From contig CAWEXX010000003.1 in NCBI GenBank assembly GCA_963813145.1, forward strand, positions 712,026 to 776,025: DNA of 64,000 nucleotides, given 5' to 3'. Of this stretch, positions 1-7,992 are shown piece after piece; positions within the stretch are counted from its first letter, which is position 1; each line of letters begins with the position of its first letter. The position numbers and the translations under genes were made by a program. The notes under the pieces are model-generated. The model was not told where the DNA came from. It saw only the letters and a list, made by a program, of their open reading frames with translations, and did not search any database. The DNA is from Bryobacterales bacterium (GTDB lineage: Bacteria > Acidobacteriota > Terriglobia > Bryobacterales > Bryobacteraceae).

Positions 1-182
1 CGTTTGCCATCGCGCACCCGGACGCTGGTGGCGGTCGCAGTCGGATGCAGCGGCGCGGCGTCCAGGTATTGCCCGTTAGCGTTCAGCTCATGCGTGAATT
101 GCGTCGAGTCCCGGTAACACTGCTCCCGCTCGGCTTCGTTCAACCCCTGTTCGTCCAGGTAAACCAACAGCATGTATCGCAT
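1..182 (-). CDS. YCII/DGPF-domain protein, N-terminal part (gene continues beyond window start)
   Basis: Manual reverse translation from ATG at 182-180 gives MRYMLLVYLDEQGLNEAEREQCYRDSTQFTHELNANGQYLDAAPLHPTATATSVRVRDGK. This is a typical YciI-like N-terminus. Absent from the ORF track because there is no stop in the window. Confidence 0.75.
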   Translation of the reverse strand, partial: MRYMLLVYLDEQGLNEAEREQCYRDSTQFTHELNANGQYLDAAPLHPTATATSVRVRDGK

Positions 183-232
183 CTCAATATTATGTCGAAC
201 GGCGGAAACCAGAATCGACACAATCGGACAGT

Positions 233-646
233 TTATTTCTTCCCGAACAGCCGCTCTTCCTGCTCCCTCAGCTCGGGCGTCAGCGCATCGCCAAAGTCGT
301 CCGCCTCGAACACCTGGCGAATTTCGATTTCCGACTCTCCTTTTAACGGATTAGGACACCGCTTCACCCATTCGATGGCCTCCTCCTTAGACTTCACCTT
401 CCATATCCAAAAGCCGGCGACCAGCTCCTTCGTTTCAGCGAAAGGCCCGTCGATCACCGTGCGCTTCGCTCCCAAAAACCGCACCCGCGCCCCCCTGGAG
501 CTGGGATGGAGCCCCTCGCCCGATACCAGCACCCCAGCCTTCGCCAGCTCTTCATTAAAATTCCCCATGTCCGTAAGCAATTTCTCGTCCGGCATAACCC
601 CAGCCTCCGTGTCCTTATCCGCCCTAATCAAAATCATGAATCGCAT
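233..646 (-). CDS. YCII/DGPF-domain protein
   Basis: ORF 233..775(-) trimmed to the internal ATG at 646 (MRFMILIRADKD...). VIDGPFAETKELVAGFWIW is typical of the YciI/DGPF family. Paralog of the adjacent partial gene. Confidence 0.85.
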   Translation of the reverse strand: MRFMILIRADKDTEAGVMPDEKLLTDMGNFNEELAKAGVLVSGEGLHPSSRGARVRFLGAKRTVIDGPFAETKELVAGFWIWKVKSKEEAIEWVKRCPNPLKGESEIEIRQVFEADDFGDALTPELREQEERLFGKK

Positions 647-672
647 AATATTTTGTTTGTCTCCTTGCCCTG

Positions 673-730
673 ACCGCTCCCTTTGGTCACGGCTCGTGTC
701 CGAAAGCGAGCCGCGACCACAGGGAGCGGT
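673..730. repeat. Family-A hairpin element (ACCGCTCCCT-NN-GGTCACGGCTCG inverted pair)
   Basis: ACCGCTCCCTTTGGTCACGGCTCG..CGAGCCGCGACCACAGGGAGCGGT. The same motif recurs at 13403, 22322, 31717 and as half copies elsewhere. Confidence 0.85.
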
Positions 731-804
731 CTTACCTTCATAAGTAAGTCGACGCCCCCCGCCCCAAATCGACACCCACTCAAGAAATTATTTACCATCG
801 AACC

Positions 805-2040
805 ATGCACGGGGTTGCCGATCAGGCCGTCGAATCGCTCTACCACTCCGATTGGGGCCGCATCCTCGCCGCCCTCATCCGTCTCGTCGGCGATTTCGAA
901 CTAGCGGAAGAGGCTGCACAGGAAGCATTTACCGCCGCCGTCAGCCAGTGGCGGACCGATGGAGTCCCCGAATTCCCCCGCGCCTGGGTCGTACAAACCG
1001 CCCGCCACAAAGCCATCGACCTGGTGCGCCGCCGCGCGAGATTCGCCGAAAAGCTTCCTCTCTATACCGCCTCCGAGCCGGCAACGGTAGAGGAGCCGGA
1101 CTACATCTCAACCCTGAGCCGCACCGAAATCCCCGACGATCGCCTCAAACTCATCTTCACCTGCTGCCATCCCGCGCTAGCCCTGGAAGCGCAAGTCGCC
1201 CTGACCCTCCGTACCCTGGGCGGACTGGAAACGGACGAGATCGCGCGGGCATTTCTAGTGCCCCCGGCGACCATGGCCCAGCGGCTGGTGCGAGCCAAAC
1301 GGAAAATTCGCGACGCGGGAATTCCCTATGCGGTCCCGAACACCAGTGAAATGAAAGAGCGGCTGGACGCGGTGCTGACGGTCATTTATCTCATCTTTAA
1401 CGAAGGTTATTCAGCCACCCGGCGCGGCCTTTCCGCCGAAGCAATCCGCCTGGGCCGGGTGGTGCGAACGTTAATGCAGCCGCAGCCTCCCACGGAAGTA
1501 ACGGCTCTGTTAGCCCTGATGCTGCTTCACGATTCGAGGCGCGCAGCCCGCCTCACCGCGCAAGGCGACCTGGTGATTCTCGAAGATCAGGACCGCAGCC
1601 TGTGGAACCAGGAACAGATCGCGGAGGCGCTGCCGCTGGTCGAAGAGGCGTTCCGCGGCGGACCAGGCCCGTTCGCCGTGCAAGCCGCCATCGCGTCTTT
1701 GCACTGTGGGGCCGCGCGGCCGGAAGATACCGACTGGCCCCAGATCCTCGCTCTCTACACGTACTTGGAGCGGCTCGATCCCTCGCCCATCGTTTCATTG
1801 AACCGCGCGGTCGCAGTGGCCATGGTCGACGGCCCGCGCCCCGCGCTCGCGCTCATCGACGAATTAGCCGCCGAGCTCGACGCCTATTATCTATTACACT
1901 CCGCCCGAGCCGACCTGCTGCGCCGCGCCGGATACTTCGCCGATGCCGCAAAAAGCTATGAGCGGGCTCTAGCCTTAGTAGCCAACGACACCGAGCGCCG
2001 TTTCCTAGAATCCCGGCTGCGCGAAATGCTCCAGCTCTAA
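805..2040 (+). CDS. ECF sigma factor with long C-terminal TPR-like extension (ECF42-type)
   Basis: 411-aa ORF. Sigma-70 region 2/4 motifs ([47 protein letters not shown]) plus a ~200-aa C-terminal extension. Divergent from two DGPF genes. Confidence 0.85.
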   Translation: MHGVADQAVESLYHSDWGRILAALIRLVGDFELAEEAAQEAFTAAVSQWRTDGVPEFPRAWVVQTARHKAIDLVRRRARFAEKLPLYTASEPATVEEPDYISTLSRTEIPDDRLKLIFTCCHPALALEAQVALTLRTLGGLETDEIARAFLVPPATMAQRLVRAKRKIRDAGIPYAVPNTSEMKERLDAVLTVIYLIFNEGYSATRRGLSAEAIRLGRVVRTLMQPQPPTEVTALLALMLLHDSRRAARLTAQGDLVILEDQDRSLWNQEQIAEALPLVEEAFRGGPGPFAVQAAIASLHCGAARPEDTDWPQILALYTYLERLDPSPIVSLNRAVAVAMVDGPRPALALIDELAAELDAYYLLHSARADLLRRAGYFADAAKSYERALALVANDTERRFLESRLREMLQL

Positions 2041-2163
2041 TGCGCACAAGGGGAAATATCGCAAGTGAAACGGTTCTGCAGCGTTTGTGGCGCGAGCTTC
2101 AGCCGGCGTCGGTCCGTCTTACCGAGCCGCCATGCGTAGCATGCGGACAAACTACGAGCTTGC

Positions 2164-2267
2164 TGAAAAACAATTGGCCGCCGATGAACGCTGATGAACG
2201 CCGATTGAAAACAAATGACCTTATCGGCGTTCATCGGTGTTCATCGGCGGCCAATATACTTTTTTGA
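2164..2267. repeat. Family-B palindromic element (GCCGCCGATGAACGC...GCGTTCATCGGCGGC)
   Basis: ~100-bp imperfect inverted repeat in the convergent gap between the sigma factor and dehydratase genes. Copies also at 5063, 9270 and 44998. Confidence 0.85.
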
Positions 2268-2273
2268 GTTTTT

Positions 2274-4046
2274 CTAATGAGAATGCCTCGGCACCACCTT
2301 AGCCAAATCCCGATACTTCACCGCAAAATCCAAGCAAGCCCCCGTCTCCAGTTGACCCGTGTGCTTCCGGTGCAGCTCCTGCCAAGGTGAATCGTTCTTC
2401 AACTCAACAGCCTTGAGCGCCCCCCGCCGCCGCTCGATTTCCTCGTCCGTCAAAAGCACGTCTACGCGCCGCCGCCGCAGGTCCACCTTGATGCGGTCGC
2501 CCGTCTCCAGAATCGCCAGATTCCCCCCAATCGCCACTTCCGGTGACGCATTCAGAATCGACGGACTCTCCGAAGTCCCGCTCTGCCGCCCGTCCCCCAT
2601 GCAAGGGAGCATCCTGATGCTCGCCTGAAGTAAATGCGCCGGAGGCGTCATGTTGACCACTTCGGCCGACCCTGGATACCCGATGGGACCCACCCCTCTC
2701 ACAACCAGCATGCAGGTCTCATCGATGTTTAAGTCAGGATCCTCAATGCGGCTGCGATAATCCTCCGGCCCTTCGAACACAATGGCGCGAACCGTGAAAG
2801 AATCCTCCGCTCCCGGCTCCGACAAATATCGCTTCCGGAAATCGTCGCTGATGACCGAGGTCTTGATCAGCGCCGAATCGAACAGATTGCCCGAAACCAC
2901 CAATAATCCGGCGTTTTCCCGCAACGGCTTGTCGTACGTCCGGATGATGTTCTGATCCAGACTGCGCGACTCGCGGCAATTCGAGCCCATCGTCTTGCCA
3001 GTCACAGTCAGCGCATCCTCGCGAATTTTCCCCGCCTGCATCAGTTCGCCGATCACCGCCGGCACGCCTCCCGCGCGGTTATATCCCTCACCCAGGAAAT
3101 ATCCAGCCGGAGCGACATTCACCAGCAGGTGAATCTTATGCCCGATCTCTTCCCAATCCTGAATGTTCAACTCGACACCGGCATGCCTCGCGATCGCGGT
3201 GATGTGCGGCGGACAGTTCGTCGAACCGCCGATCGCCGAGTTCACGACGACCGCATTTTCAAACGCAGCCCGCGTCAGAATGCGGCTGGGCGTCAGATCC
3301 TCGCGCACCATTTCCACGATGCGCTTCCCGGTTTCATAAGCCATCTTGGCGCGCGCCGCATAGGGAGCGGGAATGGTCGCGCAGCCCGGCAGCGACATTC
3401 CCAGGGCCTCGGCCAGCGAGTTCATCGACAGCGCGGTTCCCATCGTATTGCAATGCCCCGCGCTGGGAATCGTGCGCACCACGCGATCGACCAGTTCATT
3501 CACGTCGATCAGTCCCGCCGAGACCAGCCGCCGCGCTTCCCACAGCACCGACCCCGATCCCGCCAGCTTGCCGTCGATATAACTGTCCAGCATCGGCCCG
3601 CCCGAAAGTACGATGGCCGGAAGGTTCACCGTAGCCGCAGCCATCAGGCAAGCCGGCGTGGTTTTGTCACAAGCCGTAGTCAGCACGACGCCGTCAAAGG
3701 GATAGCCGCAGAGAATCTCCACCAGTCCGAGATAAGCCAGGTTGCGGTCCAGCGCAGCCGTCGGCCTGCGGCACGATTCCTGGATCGGATGAACCGGAAA
3801 TTCAAAAGGCACGCCGCCAGCATCGCGAATCCCGTCCTTGACGCGCGAGGCGAGCTCCAAGTGGATCCGGTTGCAAGGCGCCAGATCGCTGCCCGTCTGC
3901 GCAATCCCAATCACCGGCCGCGCGGATTGCAACTCCTCCCGCGTAATGCCGTAGTTGGTGTACCGCTCAATATAGATAGCAGTTTCGCCAGGATCCTTCC
4001 GGTCGTTAAACCAATGCTCACTGCGCAGATGCTTCTCGGTGGTCAT
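2274..4046 (-). CDS. xylD: IlvD/Edd-family sugar-acid dehydratase, D-xylonate dehydratase (XylD/YjhG)-like
   Basis: 590-aa ORF. Motifs RSEHWF, IGIAQTGSDLAPCNRIH, TTACDKTTPA, GHCNTMGTA, GDGRQSGT and a C-terminal KYRDLAKVVPRHSH, recalled as closely matching Caulobacter XylD. Confidence 0.8.
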   Translation of the reverse strand: MTTEKHLRSEHWFNDRKDPGETAIYIERYTNYGITREELQSARPVIGIAQTGSDLAPCNRIHLELASRVKDGIRDAGGVPFEFPVHPIQESCRRPTAALDRNLAYLGLVEILCGYPFDGVVLTTACDKTTPACLMAAATVNLPAIVLSGGPMLDSYIDGKLAGSGSVLWEARRLVSAGLIDVNELVDRVVRTIPSAGHCNTMGTALSMNSLAEALGMSLPGCATIPAPYAARAKMAYETGKRIVEMVREDLTPSRILTRAAFENAVVVNSAIGGSTNCPPHITAIARHAGVELNIQDWEEIGHKIHLLVNVAPAGYFLGEGYNRAGGVPAVIGELMQAGKIREDALTVTGKTMGSNCRESRSLDQNIIRTYDKPLRENAGLLVVSGNLFDSALIKTSVISDDFRKRYLSEPGAEDSFTVRAIVFEGPEDYRSRIEDPDLNIDETCMLVVRGVGPIGYPGSAEVVNMTPPAHLLQASIRMLPCMGDGRQSGTSESPSILNASPEVAIGGNLAILETGDRIKVDLRRRRVDVLLTDEEIERRRGALKAVELKNDSPWQELHRKHTGQLETGACLDFAVKYRDLAKVVPRHSH

Positions 4047-4200
4047 GATTCATTTTGGCAGGTGCAGGTGCGTCTGCCCCATGCTCTCGTTGCGATCTGA
4101 AAATCTATTGTCTGCCCGCATGCTCACGCATGGCGGCTCAGAGCCGCGACCGTCAGGGAGGGCAAGAGCTGAAGACTACGCTTTAGAAGACAATAGCAGG

Positions 4201-5058
4201 ATGAAGTTTTTATTACTGTTGAGCAGTATGAGCATCCTCTTCGCCCAAACGGAAAAAATCCGCGTGATCGCCTTCGGCGCCCATCCCGACGATTGCGACA
4301 TCCGCGCCGCCGGAACCGCCGCGCTGTTTCAAGCCGCCGGCGCCGCCGTGAAATTTGTGTCGGTCACCAATGGCGACGCCGGTCATCAGATCATCCACGG
4401 CCCCGCGCTCGCCGCCCGCAGGCTGGCCGAAGCCAAGGAATCCGCCCGCCGCCTGGGCATCGAGTACGAGGTGCTCGAAAACCACGACGGCGAACTTCTG
4501 CCCACGCTCGAAGTGCGCAAGCAGATCATCCGCCAAATCCGCGACTGGAAGGCCGACATCGTCCTCGCGCCGCGCCCCAACGATTATCATCCCGACCATC
4601 GCTACACCGGCGTCCTGGTGCAGGATGCCGCCTACATGGTGGTGGTGCCCAGCCTGGTTCCAGAGGTGCCGGCCGTGCGCAAGAATCCGGTTTTCCTGTA
4701 TTACGAAGACAACTTCCAGCGCCCCAATCCGTTTCGCCCCGATATCGCGGTGAACCTCGATTCAGTGATCGATAAAAAGGTGGACGCACTCGATTCGCAC
4801 GTCTCGCAATTCTACGAATGGCTGCCGTGGGTGGACGGCAAACTCGCCTCAGTCCCGGCTGGGGCGGCGGAGCGCAAAGCCTGGCTGAAGCAAGCCCGCA
4901 CGCGCGCGATCAAACCCGAAGTCCGAGCGTCGCTGGTCAAATGGTACGGCCCCGAAAAAGGCAACGCCGCCAAATATTACGAAGCCTTCGAAATCTGCGA
5001 ATACGGCGTCCAACCCGACGAATCCCGCATCCGCCAGCTATTCCCGATGCTGCATTAG
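4201..5058 (+). CDS. PIG-L/LmbE-family deacetylase, secreted
   Basis: ORF 4039..5058 trimmed to ATG 4201 (MKFLLLLSSMSILFAQ signal peptide). AFGAHPDDCDI and VTNGDAGH motifs. Confidence 0.8.
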   Translation: MKFLLLLSSMSILFAQTEKIRVIAFGAHPDDCDIRAAGTAALFQAAGAAVKFVSVTNGDAGHQIIHGPALAARRLAEAKESARRLGIEYEVLENHDGELLPTLEVRKQIIRQIRDWKADIVLAPRPNDYHPDHRYTGVLVQDAAYMVVVPSLVPEVPAVRKNPVFLYYEDNFQRPNPFRPDIAVNLDSVIDKKVDALDSHVSQFYEWLPWVDGKLASVPAGAAERKAWLKQARTRAIKPEVRASLVKWYGPEKGNAAKYYEAFEICEYGVQPDESRIRQLFPMLH

Positions 5059-5062
5059 GAGG

Positions 5063-5170
5063 CTGCTGAAAAACCAATATTAGCCGCCGATGAACACCGA
5101 TAAACGCAGATAAGACCATTTTTTTCAATCGGCGTTCATCGGCGGCTAACTTGGTTTTTGAGTTTTTCAA
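5063..5170. repeat. Family-B palindromic element
   Basis: GCCGCCGATGAACACCGATAAACGC...GGCGTTCATCGGCGGC. Lies in a convergent intergenic gap. Confidence 0.8.
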
Positions 5171-5225
5171 CAAGCTCCTGCCCTACAAGTCGCGTGTGAG
5201 TTGTAGGGCGGGCAATTTTGCCTGC

Positions 5226-5250
5226 AGCCGGCCTTTTAGCCGGCTTTTTT
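5226..5250 (+). terminator. Rho-independent terminator-like hairpin
   Basis: AGCCGGC-CTTTTA-GCCGGCT followed by a T6 run, downstream of the PIG-L gene. Confidence 0.6.
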
Positions 5251-5260
5251 CTTCGTTTCG

Positions 5261-5575
5261 TTATTCCCGATGCTCCGCTAACGGCTCTGAGTCGATGGGT
5301 ACAATTTCCAGCCGGAATCCCATTGCTTCGGTAATCCCACGAAGGCTCGCAATCGTAGGATTGCCCGTCTCCGACAGCATGCGATACAAGCTTTCCCGGC
5401 TTATGCCAGCGCTCTCTGCAAGCTGCTTTTTCTCCAAAGACTCCGACACTTTGCGCAGTGCTTTCAGAAACGCCGGCGTGGAATCTTTGTAGGCGGCGTT
5501 CAGATACCGAGCGGCACGCTTGGGATCGGATAGCTTGTCGCTCAGCCAATCTTTGTAAGCAATCGTTTTAGGCAT
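5261..5575 (-). CDS. Addiction-module antidote protein (HigA-like HTH antitoxin)
   Basis: 104-aa ORF with an HTH (LAESAGISRESLYRMLSETGNPTIASL). 8-nt overlap with the upstream toxin gene. Lower GC than the flanks. Confidence 0.85.
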   Translation of the reverse strand: MPKTIAYKDWLSDKLSDPKRAARYLNAAYKDSTPAFLKALRKVSESLEKKQLAESAGISRESLYRMLSETGNPTIASLRGITEAMGFRLEIVPIDSEPLAEHRE

Positions 5576-5858
5576 TGTATTTCCTCCAAAGCTTTTGAGC
5601 CATGGAAATATCGGCCCGCTGAGTTTTCTTGGTGCCGGCCTTCAGAACAATAAACATGTCGTCGTGCTCGCCAAAGTAGATTCGATACCCCGGCCCCGTC
5701 TTCATGAATCGCAACTCAGATACCCCGCCACCCACCGATCCACAATCTCCAAGGTTTCCATCCTCTACACGCTCCAAGCGGGCGACGATGGCATCGTACG
5801 CGGCGCTGTCCTGATTTTCTAAAGCATCCATCCACTCCGGGAATCCACCGTCCTCCAA
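5568..5858 (-). CDS. Addiction-module killer protein (RelE/ParE superfamily, HigB-like toxin)
   Basis: 96-aa ORF with a TTG start. GDCGSVGGGVSELRFMKTGPGYRIYFG..IVLKAGTKKTQRADI matches the killer family. Toxin-first gene order. Confidence 0.8.
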   Translation of the reverse strand: MEDGGFPEWMDALENQDSAAYDAIVARLERVEDGNLGDCGSVGGGVSELRFMKTGPGYRIYFGEHDDMFIVLKAGTKKTQRADISMAQKLWRKYNA

Positions 5859-5907
5859 AAAAAAGTATTTCGCGCGGCCGAGCTTCGCTCATTCGGATCT
5901 ACCCGCA

Positions 5908-5925
5908 TGTGATATTTATATCACA
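5908..5925. promoter_or_regulatory. Perfect 18-bp palindrome, candidate operator in the divergent TA/imuA promoter region
   Basis: TGTGATAT-TT-ATATCACA. 50 bp upstream of the toxin start and 10 bp upstream of the imuA -35 box. Confidence 0.55.
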
Positions 5926-5934
5926 CTTTATGCG

Positions 5935-5964
5935 TTGACACCATCCCAGCCCGGGGCGTACAGT
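5935..5964 (+). promoter_or_regulatory. Sigma-70-type promoter for imuA-imuB
   Basis: TTGACA (5935-5940), 18-nt spacer, TACAGT (5959-5964). The ATG at 5975 implies a very short leader. Confidence 0.55.
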
Positions 5965-5974
5965 AGGCGAAGAT

Positions 5975-6601
5975 ATGGCGAAAATTGCCGCCCTCGCTCA
6001 CCCCCTCGGCTGGCGCCACCCCACCGACCCCGATTGCCTCCCTTCGGGTATCGAAGGCATCGATTTCCCTCGCGGTCGCATCTCCGAAATTGCCGGGGCT
6101 TCCTCCTCCGGCCGCACCAGCCTGCTGGATTCCCTGCTCGCCTCCGCCACCACCCGCAACGAGCATTGCGTGCTGATCGATACCCGCGATTCCTTCGATC
6201 CACCTTCCGCAGCCGCTTACGGAGTCCGCCTCGAAAAGCTCATCTGGATCCGCTGCCGGGGCAATGCCGAGCATGCTTTGCGCGCCGCCGACCTGGTGCT
6301 GCATAGCGGAGGCTTTGGCGTGATCGCGCTCGATCTGGCCGACGTTTCGGCGGCCGCGCTGAACCGCATTCCGCCCACCGCCTGGTTCCGATTCCGCCGC
6401 GTGGTCGAGCCGACGCCGACCATCTTTGTGGTCCTCGCCAATCGCCCGGTTACGAAATCCTGTTCCACCTTGTTGATCGAAACGCGCCGCCGCGGCATTA
6501 ACTTCCTGCGCAGCGCCGACTACGAAATCGCCTCGCGAAAACCCGCCGGAAAGGAGCCGGTGAAACTAAATGTTCGCCTGCATAAATTGGCTGCCAGTTA
6601 A
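5975..6601 (+). CDS. imuA: ImuA (RecA/SulA-like component of the mutagenesis cassette)
   Basis: 208-aa ORF. GIEGIDFPRGRISEIAGASSSGRTSLL (degenerate P-loop) and GFGVIALDLAD. Directly followed by imuB. Confidence 0.8.
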   Translation: MAKIAALAHPLGWRHPTDPDCLPSGIEGIDFPRGRISEIAGASSSGRTSLLDSLLASATTRNEHCVLIDTRDSFDPPSAAAYGVRLEKLIWIRCRGNAEHALRAADLVLHSGGFGVIALDLADVSAAALNRIPPTAWFRFRRVVEPTPTIFVVLANRPVTKSCSTLLIETRRRGINFLRSADYEIASRKPAGKEPVKLNVRLHKLAAS

Positions 6602-7766
6602 CGTGTCGCAAGCTGACAATCTGCGCGAGCTCGCCGATGCCTTCTCCCCCTGGGTGGAGCAGGTTTCGCCTGACACCGTGCTGTTTTCGCTCGACGGCCT
6701 GCATCGCATTTATGGCGACGCTTGGTCCACCGCGAAAGCTCTCGCCGTTCGCGCTCCCGGCGCGCGGATCGCCATCGCCGCGTTGCCCGATACCGCCGTG
6801 ATCGCGGCGCGCAATTTGCCCGGAGTCGTGATCATCCCCAAAGGCGAGGAGATCCGCTATCTCGGGTCTCTGCCACTGCATTGCCTGCCGCTCGATCCCG
6901 TGACCTGGAAGATCCTCGACAAGTGGGGCCTGCGCACGTTTGAGGATCTGGCCTGCCTTCCGGAGGACGGGCTGCACGATCGTTTGGGCGATGCAGGCGT
7001 GCGTTTGCAGGCCCTGGCCCGCGGCGCGCTGGGGCGCCCTCTCAAACCTGTCATCGAGGAGACCATCTATGAGCAGCGCATCGAGCTCGACGACGCGCTC
7101 GAGGTTCTTGAACCGATTCTTTTCCTGCTTGGTCGTTTTCTGAACGACCTCTGCGCGAGCCTGCAATCGCAATCGCTCGCCGCGGGAGAGCTGCATTTGA
7201 CCTTAAATCAGGCGCAGCGAATCCTGCGCCTGCCCTTCCCCACGCGCGACGTCAAATTTTTACTGAAACAGCTGCAACACAACCTGGAATCGCAGCTCCC
7301 CGGCGAACCTGTTTCGATTTGCATCCTGCGAGCTATTCCCACGGCGATGCGGTTTATGCAGCACGATCTCTTCACGCTCCCCGCACCCGAACCGGAGCGC
7401 CTGGAATCGACGCTCCAAAAGATCCGCGCCATGGTTGGCCCCAAAAACGTGAAGATTCCCGAGATTCTCGACACGTATCGTCCCGGATGGGGCCCGACCG
7501 AAACGCACCTGGCTTTTCGCCATTTTCGTCCGCCGCTCGCAGCGCGCGTGGAACTGGAAGCCGGCAAGCCCAGCCGCCTGCGAGCCCCCGGCATTCAAGG
7601 GACCGTCGTGCAAATCTCCGGCCCCTGGCGCACCTCCGGCGATTGGTGGCGAGCCGATTCCTGGGACCGCGACGAGTTCGACCTCGCCCTTTCCGATGGC
7701 GCACTCTACCGGCTCTATTTCAACCGCAAGTCGCAAAACTGGCAATTAGAGGGCATCTATGACTGA
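6570..7766 (+). CDS. imuB: ImuB (Y-family polymerase-like, non-catalytic)
   Basis: 398-aa ORF with an MFACI N-terminus and the C-terminal signature GPWRTSGDWW..WDRDEFDLALSDGALYRLYF..W.LEGIYD. 32-nt overlap with imuA. Confidence 0.8.
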   Translation: MFACINWLPVNVSQADNLRELADAFSPWVEQVSPDTVLFSLDGLHRIYGDAWSTAKALAVRAPGARIAIAALPDTAVIAARNLPGVVIIPKGEEIRYLGSLPLHCLPLDPVTWKILDKWGLRTFEDLACLPEDGLHDRLGDAGVRLQALARGALGRPLKPVIEETIYEQRIELDDALEVLEPILFLLGRFLNDLCASLQSQSLAAGELHLTLNQAQRILRLPFPTRDVKFLLKQLQHNLESQLPGEPVSICILRAIPTAMRFMQHDLFTLPAPEPERLESTLQKIRAMVGPKNVKIPEILDTYRPGWGPTETHLAFRHFRPPLAARVELEAGKPSRLRAPGIQGTVVQISGPWRTSGDWWRADSWDRDEFDLALSDGALYRLYFNRKSQNWQLEGIYD

Positions 7767-7950
7767 GGAAGAAGTAGCCAGGAGCCAGCAGCCAGTAGCC
7801 AGAATGAAGACCCGACCGCTCCCGCATGACCTGCCTCACCGATGGTACTTGTGGCGCGCGCCTCCAGGCGTGCCGTGTCGAGAGTCGTCTCGACATGTCC
7901 GGCCGCGCATCTCGTCTTCAGAGCCGCGACCTGCGGGAGCGGTCCTGTGA
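7766..7950. repeat. Composite of repeat motifs (AGCCAG heptamer run, family-C half element, family-A half element)
   Basis: GAAGAAGTAGCCAGGAGCCAGCAGCCAGTAGCCAG, then GTGGCGCGCGCCTCCAGGCGTGCCGTGTCGAGAGTCGTCTCGAC, then GAGCCGCGACCTGCGGGAGCGG. Confidence 0.8.
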
Positions 7951-7992
7951 TTCACACGGAACTTTTCGCCCGTAGTTTCGTCTCATGGAAAC

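Noticed and set aside
45-743. 232-aa ORF on the plus strand
   Set aside because: Antisense to two YCII/DGPF genes whose translations show clear family motifs.
3129-4100. 323-aa ORF on the plus strand
   Set aside because: Antisense to the XylD-like dehydratase, which matches that family end to end.
5908-5925. Palindrome as a LexA (SOS) box for imuA
   Set aside because: It does not match any LexA consensus I can recall, and it lies upstream of rather than over the imuA -35/-10. I kept it only as a candidate TA operator with a possible secondary effect.
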